A DNA stretch of 39,002 nucleotides from Trypethelium eluteriae (Eukaryota), in the NCBI GenBank assembly GCA_051942245.1, contig JAVECL010000181.1, positions 1 to 39,002 on the forward strand, read 5' to 3'. Below the pieces are notes generated by a model. It worked only from the letters and a program-made list of their open reading frames with translations, made no database searches and was not told where the DNA came from. How positions within the stretch are numbered: position 1 is the first letter of the stretch; every line of letters begins with the position of its first letter. Positions 1-12,044 of the stretch are shown in pieces. Both the position numbers and the translations under genes were made by a program.

Positions 1-1940
1 CTTACATTCCCTTTTCCCCTTTGGGTAGCAGCAGCCGAAGAAGACAAGAGGAGCGTACTCCTCGTACCTTGGGAGGAGGTGCCATCCTGATGATTATTCC
101 GCCACTTCCTTCTTCGCGAATCCTCCTCTTCCTCCAAGGTCGGCCGTCGAGATCGGGTGGCGCGTTTGGCGGGCCGTGGTTTTGCGGCTGGCTCTTCTTC
201 TTCTTCTTCTTCGTCGTCGTTAAAGTCGTCTGCATCGTTGTCGTCTTCTTCTTCTTCTTCTTCTTCTTCTTGGTCAGCATCGGCGGAGGAGGAGTCCTGG
301 CCGTGAGCGCTTTCTGCGGTCTGGAAGTCGTCGCTGGTGACGCTTGGGGTGGGCTCGAAAACTTGGGTTTGGGGTTGGGATTGCATGGCGAGGGTGTCGA
401 CATCTAGCTGCTGGGATGTCACTGTGGAGGCGAAGCTGGTGGTAAGTGTGGCAGTGTTGTTGGTGGTGTTGGAAGGGAGTTGGGTAATAGCAGCAGAAAC
501 GGGAACGGGAGCTCGATCTCGGTTGGCGATGGCCTCGTTCGCGGTGTCTATGGCCTCGTTCCTGAACTCTTTGGCCATGTCCATGGAATTCCGGTAGTAC
601 TTTGCACCATCTCTCCAGGTTTCGGGAGTGTCATTCATAGCGAAGGAGCGCACGCGGGTCATGTAGTAGTTGGGCTGTCCGCCGGGCGTTTTGGGGGGGG
701 TGGGGTGGTTGGTGAAGATGCTGAGCGTGCCGCTGTTGTAGATGGTCGAGACCGTGTAGGCGTTGTTGTCGAACTGAAGTTCGCCACGTCCGTAGTTACG
801 GAGGTGTAGCTGACCTCGCGCGCCGAAGTAGGAGTGGTACGTGGCTTGTCGTTCCGCGACGGCTGCGGTTCCGTCCGGGCCCTTGGCGGCGGTGAAGTGG
901 TTAGGTAGGATTGGTTGGTCATGCTGCGTGGAAGGAGTGATGAATTGTCCGAGCTCTTCGCGCACGCGACGGTCAAGCTGCTCTGGCCGCGCGCCGTAGT
1001 AGAAGTCCGGGTTGCCGGACACGAGATTTTCGGTTGTGACAAGCGGAACCAGGTTGGTGAAGGGTATCTCGCCGGACTCTGTGCGGGGATCCTTAACTGT
1101 GCCTTCGATAATGGGGATTACCTTCCTCTTCACCTTGCCCTCCTTTACAGCGCTCGAGTTTAGTCGTTTAAAAGCCTTATGCTGTTCCTTGGAGAACTTG
1201 GAGGGCGAGAGAGAGGGCCGGGGCCTGGCGAGCCTCTCATTGATGTAGTCCCAATTTTCAGGCTCAGGCGCTTCAATGCCGCCCGGATGTTCATAGTCAG
1301 GGGGGTAAACATGATTGTCGACGAGGATCTGTTGAAAGGTCCGGTTGTACGCCGATAAGCTCTTGCTAATGCCGCCCTCAGTTGTGGACTGGCGATCACG
1401 CGACCTGCTCATCAAACTGGCTTGGCCCGAATCCATTAGAATGTTGCTCACGTAAAGGGCCGATCTCTGGCACTAAAGGCATTAATTAGCGTGAGCATTA
1501 CAACGGGATACACTGGAGATCCATACGCCTCTGAGCTCCCAGAGGTCTGGTCCGCCGTGCCTGGCAAAGCTCTGAAGGTTTTTGTACTGCTCGTCTCCAC
1601 AGTTCATAAGATATGTATGGGCAGGCTTGAGAGGTTTTGGGGATGGGTTGCATCTCCTCCACTCTGCAGTGGCAAGTCTAGTAGCAGGGCGATGAACCTG
1701 ATGCTTCGCCCGAGACTCTCGTGCTGCCTGATCGTTTATCCGTCTTAGTTCTTTCAATGCACGCTTCTCTAATGGAATCGGCGAAGAATTGTCCTGAGAT
1801 GTTGCTGTCTGTGTAGGATTTGGTGTATGGATAGCTTTGTGTTTCTTCGATGCAGTCTGACAAGCTTCCCCCTCAAGCTCAAAGGGATACTGATGGGAGC
1901 GTCGACGCTTGAGTAAATTCGAAGGTGCTGGAGTCTGCAT
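1..1940 (-). CDS. Fungal hypothetical protein with a PD-(D/E)XK-nuclease-like core and an acidic low-complexity tail; 3' end runs off the window
   Basis: Exon 1 is 1940-1527 (MQTPAPSN...FARHGGPDLWELRG). Intron 1526-1473 reads GTATGG...GCTAAT...TTTAG. Exon 2 is open from 1472 to the edge and missed by the ORF track: ...YNRTFQQILVDDNHVYPPDYEHP...EPENWDYINERLARPRPSLSPSKFS...VIPIIEG...PFTNL...GNPDFYYGARPEQLDRRVREEL...PNHFTAAKGPDG...FDNNAYTVSTIYNSGTL...YYMTRVRSFAM...YRNSMDMAKEFRNEAI. I recognise these motifs from a widespread Pezizomycotina hypothetical family. The nuclease fold is inference. Confidence 0.8.
194..271. repeat. (TTC)n microsatellite tracts encoding poly-Glu in the minus-strand gene
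   Basis: Two TTC runs at ~194-211 and ~245-271. In the coding frame they read QEEEEEEEEDDNDADDFNDDEEEEEE. Confidence 0.85.
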
Positions 1941-3296
1941 GGAAGAGGCAGCTCTTGTAGGAGTAGCAAAGATTTTAAGCGGTGGGCAGGTGTGAGAAGT
2001 TGATCAAGAGACAAACGGCCAGCGGCTGTCTGCCGCTCTCTTTGTTTTATCATCTCACCGCTTTAAGGGTACTGTGGAATGTTTCAGTATCCTCAGATTA
2101 GTGTCACGCAGGGGGCCTTGCGGTTCTCATCAGTGTTCATGGGGAAGTCCTCAATCCTCGCACTAATCGCATCGAGGAGATTTCCACAACTCTTGCGCAC
2201 ATGCTCCAGATGGCGATAAGAATTTTGCTCAAGATAATGGTGAAAGCTCAGAGCAGCCACAGCGCTAACAAGACGCAGGGGTTGGGTCGGCATCGGGAGA
2301 ACCATAACTCCGAGCAGCGAGCGCTTTTGCCCCTTCCTCAAGACGAACCAGGAGCTGCGAGTTCTGAGATTGCCCATCGAGCCTCCATTTTTGGATCCCT
2401 GTACATCCCTTGCATTGCTCGCCTTGGCACCGTCCATACTACTCTTTGCCTCGATCTGATGTTGTAAATTGGGTGGTGAAAGCTTGTAGATTAAGCTATG
2501 GAGGCGAGGACATCTATACATGGACAACTTCACAAACCTCACTCGTAATCACGTGAATAGGATTGCTAATAGAAAGGTAAATTGCCTTCTCACACATCAC
2601 ATGCAACATCACCTACATACCCTTCTGAATAATATTAACAAAAAAGCTACTCAGTAGAATACAGAGAGATATTAGTATGGGCTTTGGTTGCTTTTATCTC
2701 ACATTGTTTAGTATGCTGTTAATGTGATAATAAAGTGGGAAAAGGATTAGGGAAGACAGATACTTACTCCAATTTTAATCCTACTACCTTACCGTCGGGG
2801 GGGTGATACGGAATAAGGAGCTCTAAGTGAGTTTTCTCCGCCGCAGTTTTGAAAAGCAAGAGGCCTCTCATCCTAATTGGGTATGAAGAGAGCTGGTGGC
2901 TGGAACGCGCTTTCAGCTTGTTCGTAGGTTCAAGAATAGTGGGAAGTAGAGGAAAAAGCGGCGAGAGAGGTGAAGTCGAGCCAAAAAGTCATTCAAACTT
3001 ACCTGTCTAAGCTACAGTATTACCAGATGGAGAACAATGTCAATATTAGGAAAGATCAGATAAGATAAAGGGTAGGTACTCTTACCCTATGGGTGCAGAA
3101 CTGAACCCAAACAGGAACCGTTTTCCTAAAAGGGTAAAATCCGTCGCCGATTTACCAGAACATAGATTACCAGGCTAAAGGGGATCTCTAGAGCTATATG
3201 ATTGTCAAATTTGCTGCAGGCACAGCTTCCTTATTTGGTCGCAATCTCATTCGCATACCAGTCATGGTAGGTAGTAATAGTACTAAAACATAAATT

Positions 3297-3444
3297 TAAT
3301 AGTAAAAGTAATAGCAAAAGTAATAGCAAAAGTAATAGTAAAAGTAATAGCAAAAGTAATAGTAAAAGTAATAGTAAAAGTAATAGTAAAAGTAATAGTA
3401 AAAGTAATAGTAAAAGTAATAGTAAAAGTAATAGTAAAAGTAAT
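3297..3444. repeat. 12-bp minisatellite TAATAG(T/C)AAAAG, 12 full copies plus a partial
   Basis: Direct read: units run 3297-3440, then TAAT. Copies 2, 3 and 5 carry C where the others carry T. Confidence 0.95.
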
Positions 3445-4537
3445 TACTATTTCTTACAACACTGTAGTACATCTCTTCCAGCTTCTTTACCTTCGATAGG
3501 CACTGAGCCTCTCACCCCACAACTCACCTCCTCCCAACCTCTCTACGCACAGCAGCATCTCGCAATTTTTCAGCTCCCTCTCCTTCAGTGCTTCCCTTCC
3601 CTTCGGCTACGACCCGCTCGTTCTGCCCTCTGACCTCGGCAGCCACATCTCTCCCCAGCGTAAACACGTTCGAAGACCTCATACATGCCAAGGTATAACC
3701 ACCTAGACCAGCGCGGGCGGAGGCGGTCGGAGTGGAGACGGTCTGACTCTCTGAGGAGGTGAACACTGAACAGTGAACAGGTCAAGGTGCACAAGGGTGG
3801 AGGCTGGGGTTGAGAAGGCGGGATGTTATAATTACAGGCTTCGGATCTGGGAGAGGGAGAGCATAATGGCCACACGTGAGGGGCAGTGGAAAATGAATAG
3901 AGCGGGAAAAATAGGCTTCGTAACGATTGTGGAGAAACTTCACAGTGGGTGTTTTACTGAGGAATTCTGGTCTGGTGTTACTGCTCAAGGAAAACTGTTC
4001 TTCTTTGAGCCAATCTCGACTCCCATTGGGCAAGTGCATATACCAAGTATCCTATTTGATTCGTTTTATGATTTTGTTTGCAGCAAACACAATCTCATGT
4101 ACAAGGCTTCGCAGGAGCCTTTGCTAGTTTGCCTCTTGCTTGCCTTCATAAAGATCGTAGCACTGAAGAGTGAGTGACAAGATGAATGAGGTATCGTAAA
4201 CGTCTCGGATTGTGTTGTTTACCTGTGACGTGGGGATGAGACCCCAACAGGATCCGGTCTCCAAAGCACTTATTGTATCAATGTATACCCTATCACGTCT
4301 ATCCCTTCCGCAGCTGCTGTGGGCTGTCGCGTACGGATCGCTATTTGTATTACTCTATAGGTAGGTAGGTGAGTCTCACGTGATCTATAGTCCGTGCGCA
4401 ACAGCCCAGTCCAGCTGTGGAGCGGATGCGGATACAAGATGAAATCGTCGATCATATCATTATAATAACTAAACTCTCAATTTTTACACACGAATCTATC
4501 AAACAGGCTATCGTCATACCTCAATACCCAAAATTGA

Positions 4538-7500
4538 TCATTTGTTGTTCTTCATCTCATCGTCAAGAATCTTGATCTCCTTGTCCATATTCGATCCCGT
4601 GATGCTTGCCACAGCATGCAGACCAATCTTGGCCAGGAAGATGTGCGTTTTATTTGGCATCCAGCTCTCCTCAACAGAAAAGTCCTTCCCGCCCAGCTTT
4701 CCCTTGATGCCTAGGTGGAAAGCCTCTTGTTCCGACTTATCGGCCCGGATAATGCCCTTGAGCTCGATGCGCCGGATGTCAATCATAGCATCCAATGTCG
4801 CAGCGACAAAGTCGCGAATCGCGCTATACGCCGCCTTCTCCAGCGCACTGAACGCAGCAAGAGCCTTCTCGGCTGCGATGAGGGCAATGTTGTTCTTACG
4901 TGCGAACTCGACGGCTTCTTGCAACGCCACGTAGCCCACCTGCTTGAACTCACTGACCATCTTCTGCTTCTGCTTGTCCAGCAACACGTTACGCGCGCGC
5001 GCCTCTTCCTCGTACTTCTGACACTCCTTCTCGACCTTGTCGACAAGGTTGTCGGCATGTTTCATGAGATTATCAAAGGTGAAATCCTCTTCCCTGATCG
5101 CCTTCTGCAGCTCATCGAACGCATGCGACGCGATACGGCCTGCCGTCTCTAGAGCTGAGCGGATCTGGTCACCCACTGTATTGAGGTATCGCTCTGCAGC
5201 CTCCATGGCCTCCTTGAGCTCACGAAACAGGGGGCTATCGACAATCTCACGCGCGCCAAGGAGGATGCCCTCGTAGAGGAATAGCCCACCTCTCGCAAAC
5301 ACCTAGGCATTCCGCTTCGCCAGCCACTCAGCCTCGAGGTCGATGCGCCACCACTCGTCTGATGCGATTCTCGAGTTGATCAGCCTCCCAGCTGAGTCTG
5401 TCGACTTCACGCTCAGCATTGCGCAGATCTTGCAAAGCGCTGTTGACAGCGGCTGTTGCATCACCGAACTTGGAGAAAAAGCTGTCGCGTGTGTCGTTGC
5501 ACTTGTTCCTCGCCTCCTGCATCTTCCATTCCTTGTTGCGCTCCTGGTCCTCCTTGTCTTCATCTGCTCTGTGACGTGCAGCAGCTTTGGGCTCCAGGCG
5601 AGCCGCACGATCTTTCTCAGCCTGCGCAAGCGTCGCGCTGCGCTTGGCTCGCTCGTCAGACGTGTAGCTCTCGTTTCGTTGCTTGACTTTCTCCAGTTTA
5701 GCTTGTGCCTCCCCAATCTCGCGATCGAGACGGTCAATCTCTTCCTGTTGCTTCCTGTACTTGGCATCCAGCTTCTCCTGAGCCTCGCGACAATTTCTTT
5801 CCCAAGCCTCTTTCTCACGCTCGACAGCATCCATGGCGCTCTTGACACCCTTTTCCATGGCTTTGTGCGTGTTGTCGATGGCTGTGAGGATGCCCTGCTT
5901 GACTTGCGCGATGATGGACTGCTCCATCAAGGCGTAGATCTCCCAGTCAGAGTCGCCGGGGTGGCCCTTGAGCTCCTTTCCTGTCGCAATGTCCTTTTTG
6001 CTACCCTCGATCTTGTTGCGCTGGTGCATCTCGGCGTGTACCTTGATCAGCAGGCCAGTACTCCACTTGAGCTCGAAGTCGAAGCCGAACTTGGGTGATG
6101 GCATGAACTGGTAGTCGACAAAGCAGGCGCACGAAATGTCAAAAATTTCAATGCGGCCACTCAAGTAGAAGGACTGCTTGATCGGGTTGAACGTGATCTC
6201 CATGGACGCGTCTTCCTCGTCTTCGAGGGCGCCCCTGAGTTTCAAAGGACCCAGTTTGAAACCCTTGATCTTAGTCAGGCAGTGGAAGCCAATGCTGTTT
6301 ATCTCTGCATCCATGAAAGCTTCCAGATCCCAGAGCTTGATTGTGCCCTTAAACTTGAAGCCCTTGGGGTAGTAGGTATCGAGCCACGCACAGCCTTTGC
6401 TGACGTAGATGTCTACATCGTGCATGTTGACAAAGTCGGCATCGGGGATGGGAATGTCCTTGTTAGCTACAGCAGAGATGAACTTGCAGAGCTGCGGGAC
6501 ACCAAGTGCACTGGCCTTGATGTTGACTAGCGTCTGCGTTGGGTTCGTCCCCAAACGCATCTCGCAGATGTAGCTGTCCTTGTCGATGGTGAACCGGCCA
6601 CCAAGTCCAAAGCTCTCGAGGGCACCTGTGGATAGTAGAGCTGCCCATTTGGCACCAACAGAACCCTGCAGAGAGTATACGACGAATTTTTCGCTGAATC
6701 CCAATGGTCCCTTGATGCCATCCAACGCATCAATCTTCATGCCTATCGAGCCGCCAAGGTGGTCCGCAGCGATCTCGAGGATGAATTTGATGGGCTTATT
6801 GTCCGGCTCGTCCACTCTCATGAAAAGCTCGCCGTGGAACTTGCAGATGGGATCCGACTCGGCATCAAGCTCCAGGAAGATGGCGCCGGAATAGAACCGA
6901 TCGCCAAACTCCACCTTGAAAGAGGGCGGTAGGAAAATGGTAATCTTGGGAATTTTGTCTCCCTTCTGGTATCCGATCCGTAGATATGCTCGATCTGTCG
7001 CTGTGGACTTTTTGAGCACCTTGCCTCCATCTTTCTGGTCTTTGTCTTCCAGAAGAGGCACGCGATCAATTGTAGCGCACAGGTAGAAACCCTTCTTGAT
7101 GGGAAACCTGGAGATCTCTGGTGGCACATCAGGATTGTCTGAGTTGGTGCCCATGAACGTAAGATCAGATAATTGTGCATCAAGGAGACTGTCCTTCTTG
7201 ATCGCATCGCCGCAAATGTCCCGCAAAGAGACTGTGGAGCGGGCTTTGCCTGCTAAAACCACCTCTGCGCCCTTTGTCGGCGAGTAGGACACCGAAAAGG
7301 TTACAGCGAATTTGAATTTGTAGTCACCATCCAAGTCCTTAGGACCGTAAGGTAGGACTAGGATGCCATACACCTTAAAGCCAAAGAACCAGCTGACTTC
7401 CTTTGGCTTCGTGTCTGATGCAGATCCTGCATCTGCAGTCGTCGCTGGCGTGTCTGTGGACTTGGTATCAGAGGCGGCTTTCTTGCCTGGTACAGCTGAA

Positions 7501-9421
7501 AGAGAGTCGTTTCTCTTGGCCTCGTCCAGTAACGTCTTTCCAGCCGACTTTGGGACGATTTTAACATCTGCCTCGTCTTTAGACTTCTTTGTCTCTTCGC
7601 TTGTCCCATTGGTGTCATGGCCATCCTCGACCGCCTCACCGATGCCAGAAGCTTCAGCCGTGGGCTCGTCATTCTCATCCTCAGGAAGACACTTGGAACG
7701 CCTCGCAATGAAGAGATCCAGGCTAGCATCCTTGATGTAAAAGTCTGTCTCTGGAATTTTGAACTTCTGCGCTTTGCCGCTGATGAAGATGCCGCCGGAG
7801 GAGATGATGATGCTGGCCTGAAACGTCGCACCGTCTACAGTAATCATGCCGTAAAAGGCAAACTTGCCACTGAAGTCGATGCGGAGATGCAGGCTGTCCA
7901 GTTGGATTTCCTGCTTTGGCTCAGCAACCTCGTAGCCATGGAGCTTCTTCGCTGCCTGGCGGATGTCGTTGAAGGTTGGATCCATGAGAATGGCCTCGAT
8001 GTATGATCCATCTGTCTGGCTTGTCAGCTATCGATCTCCTTCATCACTATCATTCTGATGTCTCATACTGGTCTGTGTCTTGGTGGTTGAGTAGATCTCT
8101 CCTTTCAATGAGAGGAGCTTGAGGCCCATATCCCAGCTTCCCTCAATCTTGCAGGCAAAGCCATCGTCCAACGCGGCCTTCTCAGCCATGTTGCCAAAAG
8201 CCTTGTTGGCATTCTTAGTTGGAATGTCTGCAGTGACGACAATATCTCTGAGCTACAGTACGTTAGCAGTCCTGCTTCATTCCATGGTTCAAGTCAGGTC
8301 TTCTCCGTGTGGTATTGTACCTCAAAGTTCTCAATTCCAAAGGCGTGGTTCCAGCTCTTGCCCTCGGGGAGAACCATATCGAAGTGGATATTCTCAGGGG
8401 AGTACTGCGCAGTATACTCGAGCTGGAGAGGCACCACACGTCCAATGTACAGGTGCAGCAGAATGTTGCCAAATATCTCGGCAGTGAAGCTGCTCTTGCC
8501 TTTGTCGTGAGTGGTAGCCGGCTGTGGATTGGTTGCTGTCGTCACAGGCCCAGACGGATGCTTCAAGGCTGCCGACCCGATGCTGACCAGCTTATTGGGG
8601 TCTGTAAGGTCCGCAATCATGCAGATGGTGGAAGCAACCGATGGCTTCGGCTGGGTTTCTGGCTTGTTGGCAGAAGTACTCGCCGAGCCAGTCTCTGTCT
8701 TGCGCTTCTTGGGATCGGATGACTCGCCACTCTCAGGTAGTGGCCGTTTTTTGCCATTTATTTTGTCTTTGTTGTTGTCAAAGGCTATGCGGACGCCTGC
8801 GGAGACGATCTCGAGGAGGATATAGTCAGGAGGGTACGAGAGGCGCAGGCCACCCAAACATCCAGCAAGTGTAATTTTGTCAAAGCGCATCGGCTTATCG
8901 CGCTCCAGAGTAAAGCCCAGAAATGCTGAAAGGCGAATGACAATGTCAGAGTCGGACAGAAACATTCTGAAGAAGTCGAGCGGCCCGTCCAGCAGGCCAC
9001 CTAGAACCAGGTCGGTACGGAAGTAGAGACCAGGAGCATTCTTCCCAATTTCTCGAGGGTAATACGCTAGGACGCAGTTCTCGAGGGCAAGGTCTTTAAG
9101 TGCGGTGTTCTCAAAAGAGGGAAAGAAGTCGATGAGTTGAACATTATCAATGATCTCAATTTCCTGGATGCTGTCTGGTGAAGGTTTGACTTCAAAGACA
9201 TCGCGCCAGAGGGGACTGAGGAAGTAAAGGCTCTTCTCTTGTTCCTTGGTCAACCGCGTTGCGCCTGGTCGGCTGGTGAACCAGGACGTTTGTGCTGGAG
9301 TTGGGCTGATTGCTTGGACAGGGCCAGTGACCTCTTTTCCCAGTGTCTCGTTGGCTGCTTTGGGCTTGAAGAACTGGCTACTGAGGCCCTGATCCGCGAG
9401 TGTGTCAACAGTTATCGTCAT
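4538..9421 (-). pseudogene. Giant (~1,580 aa) uncharacterised protein with a long beta-strand-rich region then coiled-coil/amphipathic helices; disrupted near 5303-5360 unless spliced there
   Basis: ATG at 9421 (MTITVDTLADQ). Exons are 9421-8321, 8252-8069 and 8011-onward. Introns 8320-8253 (GTACAA...GCTAAC...TGTAG) and 8068-8012 (GTATGA...GCTGAC...GACAG) join the 391-aa and 885-aa ORFs in frame. Near 5360 the protein-like reading shifts frame to DEWWRIDLEAEWLAKRNA, meets TAG at 5305-5303, then continues in that frame as VFARGGLFLYEG... to the stop at 4538. Strong coding-type codon bias throughout. Confidence 0.75.
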
Positions 9422-10198
9422 GGTTTGGTGGGAGGTCAAAGGCTGTAGAGTAACCACCTGACTGAACAATAAAATTCGAGAGAAGATGCCCGAACACAGC
9501 TGGCTTTGAGGGGAGGTTTGATCCGATAAAAGGATAGTGAGTCACACAACCCCGGATTGGACGTTGGAACTCTCCATAATGCTTGTGGACCGAGGTCTGG
9601 ATGAGCATTGTGGAATTCACACCAAGGAGGCATCCATCCCAATGTCCGCTCATATCCGAACTGAGCAACCCAGACAATCAGCTGAGTCTATGAGAGTCGT
9701 CCCCGACAAATAATACGACAAATGTGAATATTCGCGGCCACTACATACCTTCGCAAACCTCAAACAGTATCAAATAGTGGTCTAGCAACGCGTTCAAGTG
9801 TGGTTATTGACAGCTGGGTACCCGATTGGGTCGTTCAGCTGACAGCCAAACGGTCGAGGCGTAAATTATTCAATAGCTTGACCCTAGGTTCTCCACAAGT
9901 TCCCGCGGTTCGTCAAACCAGACCGTCAATTGGGGGCCGGCATATTTCACAGCCAGTCCCCAGACCCCACAGCAAGGCGTTTCCCGACATGGATGTCAGG
10001 GGTCCGACAAAGGGCTCGACCAAGCCTCAATGTCTCAAAGCAGACCCCAGGTCCAGGCCGAAGGAAAGACTCCCATCGTCACATCGTTTTCTATGGATTC
10101 GACTTGAGGAAAGATCTTGTCCATTTCGACCCTGATTTTATTCTTGCTTTCAGATCGCCTAACTTACACATAGCCAGGATAGGTTCAGATGATCCATA

Positions 10199-10949
10199 AT
10201 GTCGATGCAAAGAAACGATGACCTTGCCCTGAGCGAATACAAGCAGGCAAAAGAAATGAAAAAGAATTTCCAAGTGAGTGTTATAAGATAGACATGCCTC
10301 GAACCCGCCTTGCTAATTGCGTATTGTAGCCTGTAAGCGCGGGCACTGTCTGCATGTTTCCCCAGTTCGCAGTAGAATCCAGCCGACAACGGCCTGTGAA
10401 ATGGAAACAAGCCTTTGATGATCGTGTTGATTATTATCTGCTGATCCTCTTTGAGTATGCTGGAAAAGGTGATCATGCTCCTACGAACGATCAGTTTCCC
10501 TGGGAATCCCAGCTGACAATCCATCTGCAGACCCGTTGAAGGTGTCCCGCTCTGGTCGTCTCTTCGTAACCACCAAGTGCCTCAAAGCTTTCGAGGCCAA
10601 AACCTCCAAGATTCAAATCCCAAACAGTGACAATGAGTTGCGCGCCTTCACTGTGGACAATGATTTTCAGTACGGGCAGGCAGACTCCAAAGGCACGCAT
10701 CGCTTCTTGGTCTTGCACGACAAGGAGCAGAAGCCATACCAGGTTCGCTTATCCCCACGTACAGGCTGAATGCGAAATCTAACACTGCTGGTGGAGCACC
10801 GCTTCGTGAACTCGAGATGGGTGAAGGCAGGCAATCTGTCCCTTGGGCTGCTGGACAAGGCAGGCTTCGGATCACGTGATGGGCTCGACCTTGTGTCCGA
10901 ACAAGGCCGCAACTATTTCGGCGACTACCTTCACAACTTTGAAGGCTAG
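10199..10949 (+). CDS. Small hypothetical protein A (~192 aa), paralog of 12045-12620
   Basis: Exons 10199-10273, 10330-10468, 10531-10742 and 10797-10949, with introns of 54-62 nt carrying branch motifs. Product: MSMQRNDD...VKWKQAFDDRVDYYLLILFEYAGKD...RLFVTTKCLKAF...FTVDNDFQYGQADSKGTHRFLVLHDKEQKPYQHRFVN...YFGDYLHNFEG*. Homology and shared intron positions with gene B support the model. Confidence 0.75.
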
Positions 10950-12044
10950 GAGGTGAAGGGATCGGTGGATGCGGCTGGCGTGCTGGATCTTCTCAAAGTC
11001 TGGCTTTGACTATTTCGTAGACGAGATGGATCTTTGAAGCTTATACGCAAGCCTCTGGACATTTACGGAGTAGCGCGAGTTCATTGCACCTGTCATTGGT
11101 TCCAAACATCGCCAATCGTTTCCAATCATCCATAGGTGCATAGAGAATGCTGGGACGGCCCGCGCCGCTTTCTGTTGGAGCCAGAACGCCACTAGCGTGG
11201 AGTACCTTACTACTCTAATGCCGGTTTGGCGGGCCGCCTTCCCCCTTACAAGGCTTAATGTCAAATATTCGATACAGCGATTTACTCGAGATGCGAAGCT
11301 CTGATTGATGCTTTCCAGGACGTTGAGGTCTGTTTGATGAAGGTTGAGATCCAGGGGGAAAAGGCTGACGTCGTCGCTAGGCCTATTCGGTCGTTTGGAT
11401 CGCCAGGGGGGTCTAGCCACTCAGCCACCATCCACCTCATTTTGAACCTCTGATCTCTGTATGGCTTCAGGTTCGATAGGTGAGGCGAGGCTCGCTTACC
11501 CGTTCATTACAGTACACAGGACGCGCGGCTATTGTTTAAAGATGTGGAGGCTTAGCTCAACTCGGGACTGGACGCTCGAGCCTCTTTCCCATTCCGAGCC
11601 TTCTGGTGTTGGGGGAAGCCGCACCTGTTCGAGATGCAGGTGATCCTACGGTAGATGTCACCGCATTTGCGCTAGTGTATATAGGTTCATCCACGATCCT
11701 CCGTAGCTCCTAGACTTAGATTCTACCCACTTTTCTAGAATACACTGCATTCGGTTTTCTCCACTTCAACATCTGGAACGTGGCCTTCGGCTAGATTCAG
11801 TCTCCCAGATCGTTGTCAGCTGAGCTAGGGCACTTCAATGGTCTAGAACAGTGGTCTGCAGGTTGAGATGGCTTCATGAACTCGCACTGAAGTTAGCCTA
11901 TCACTGGCCCCTTATGCTGCTCTTGGTGCTTATAAGGATGGGGTAGAATAAGTTTTCCCTCGTGAATCACATCAGCACTTCTCCAGACCATTCTTCAATA
12001 CACAGAAAGCCTCCTTTTCGCCTTCAGAAACACCAACATACAAC

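Noticed and set aside
2..1399. ORF-track entries such as 2..403 (poly-Lys), 21..407 (poly-Phe), 659..1042 and 1160..1399
   Set aside because: They are alternative-frame or antisense shadows of the real minus-strand exon 1472-1, which the track omits because it has no stop in the window.
2093..2542. 149-aa minus-strand ORF
   Set aside because: No recognisable motif, splice support or codon bias. It lies in the upstream region of the 1940 gene.
3297..3444. Repeat array considered as CRISPR or telomeric
   Set aside because: There are no spacers, the unit is not TTAGGG-like, and the context is eukaryotic and internal. It is a simple minisatellite.
3480..3880. Coding-like minus-strand segment next to the minisatellite
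   Set aside because: Stops occur in every frame and no family is recognisable. It may be a gene relic but cannot be supported.
4542..8825. Many plus-strand ORFs (e.g. 5343..6098, 4715..5152, 7363..7740)
   Set aside because: Antisense shadows of the codon-biased giant gene.
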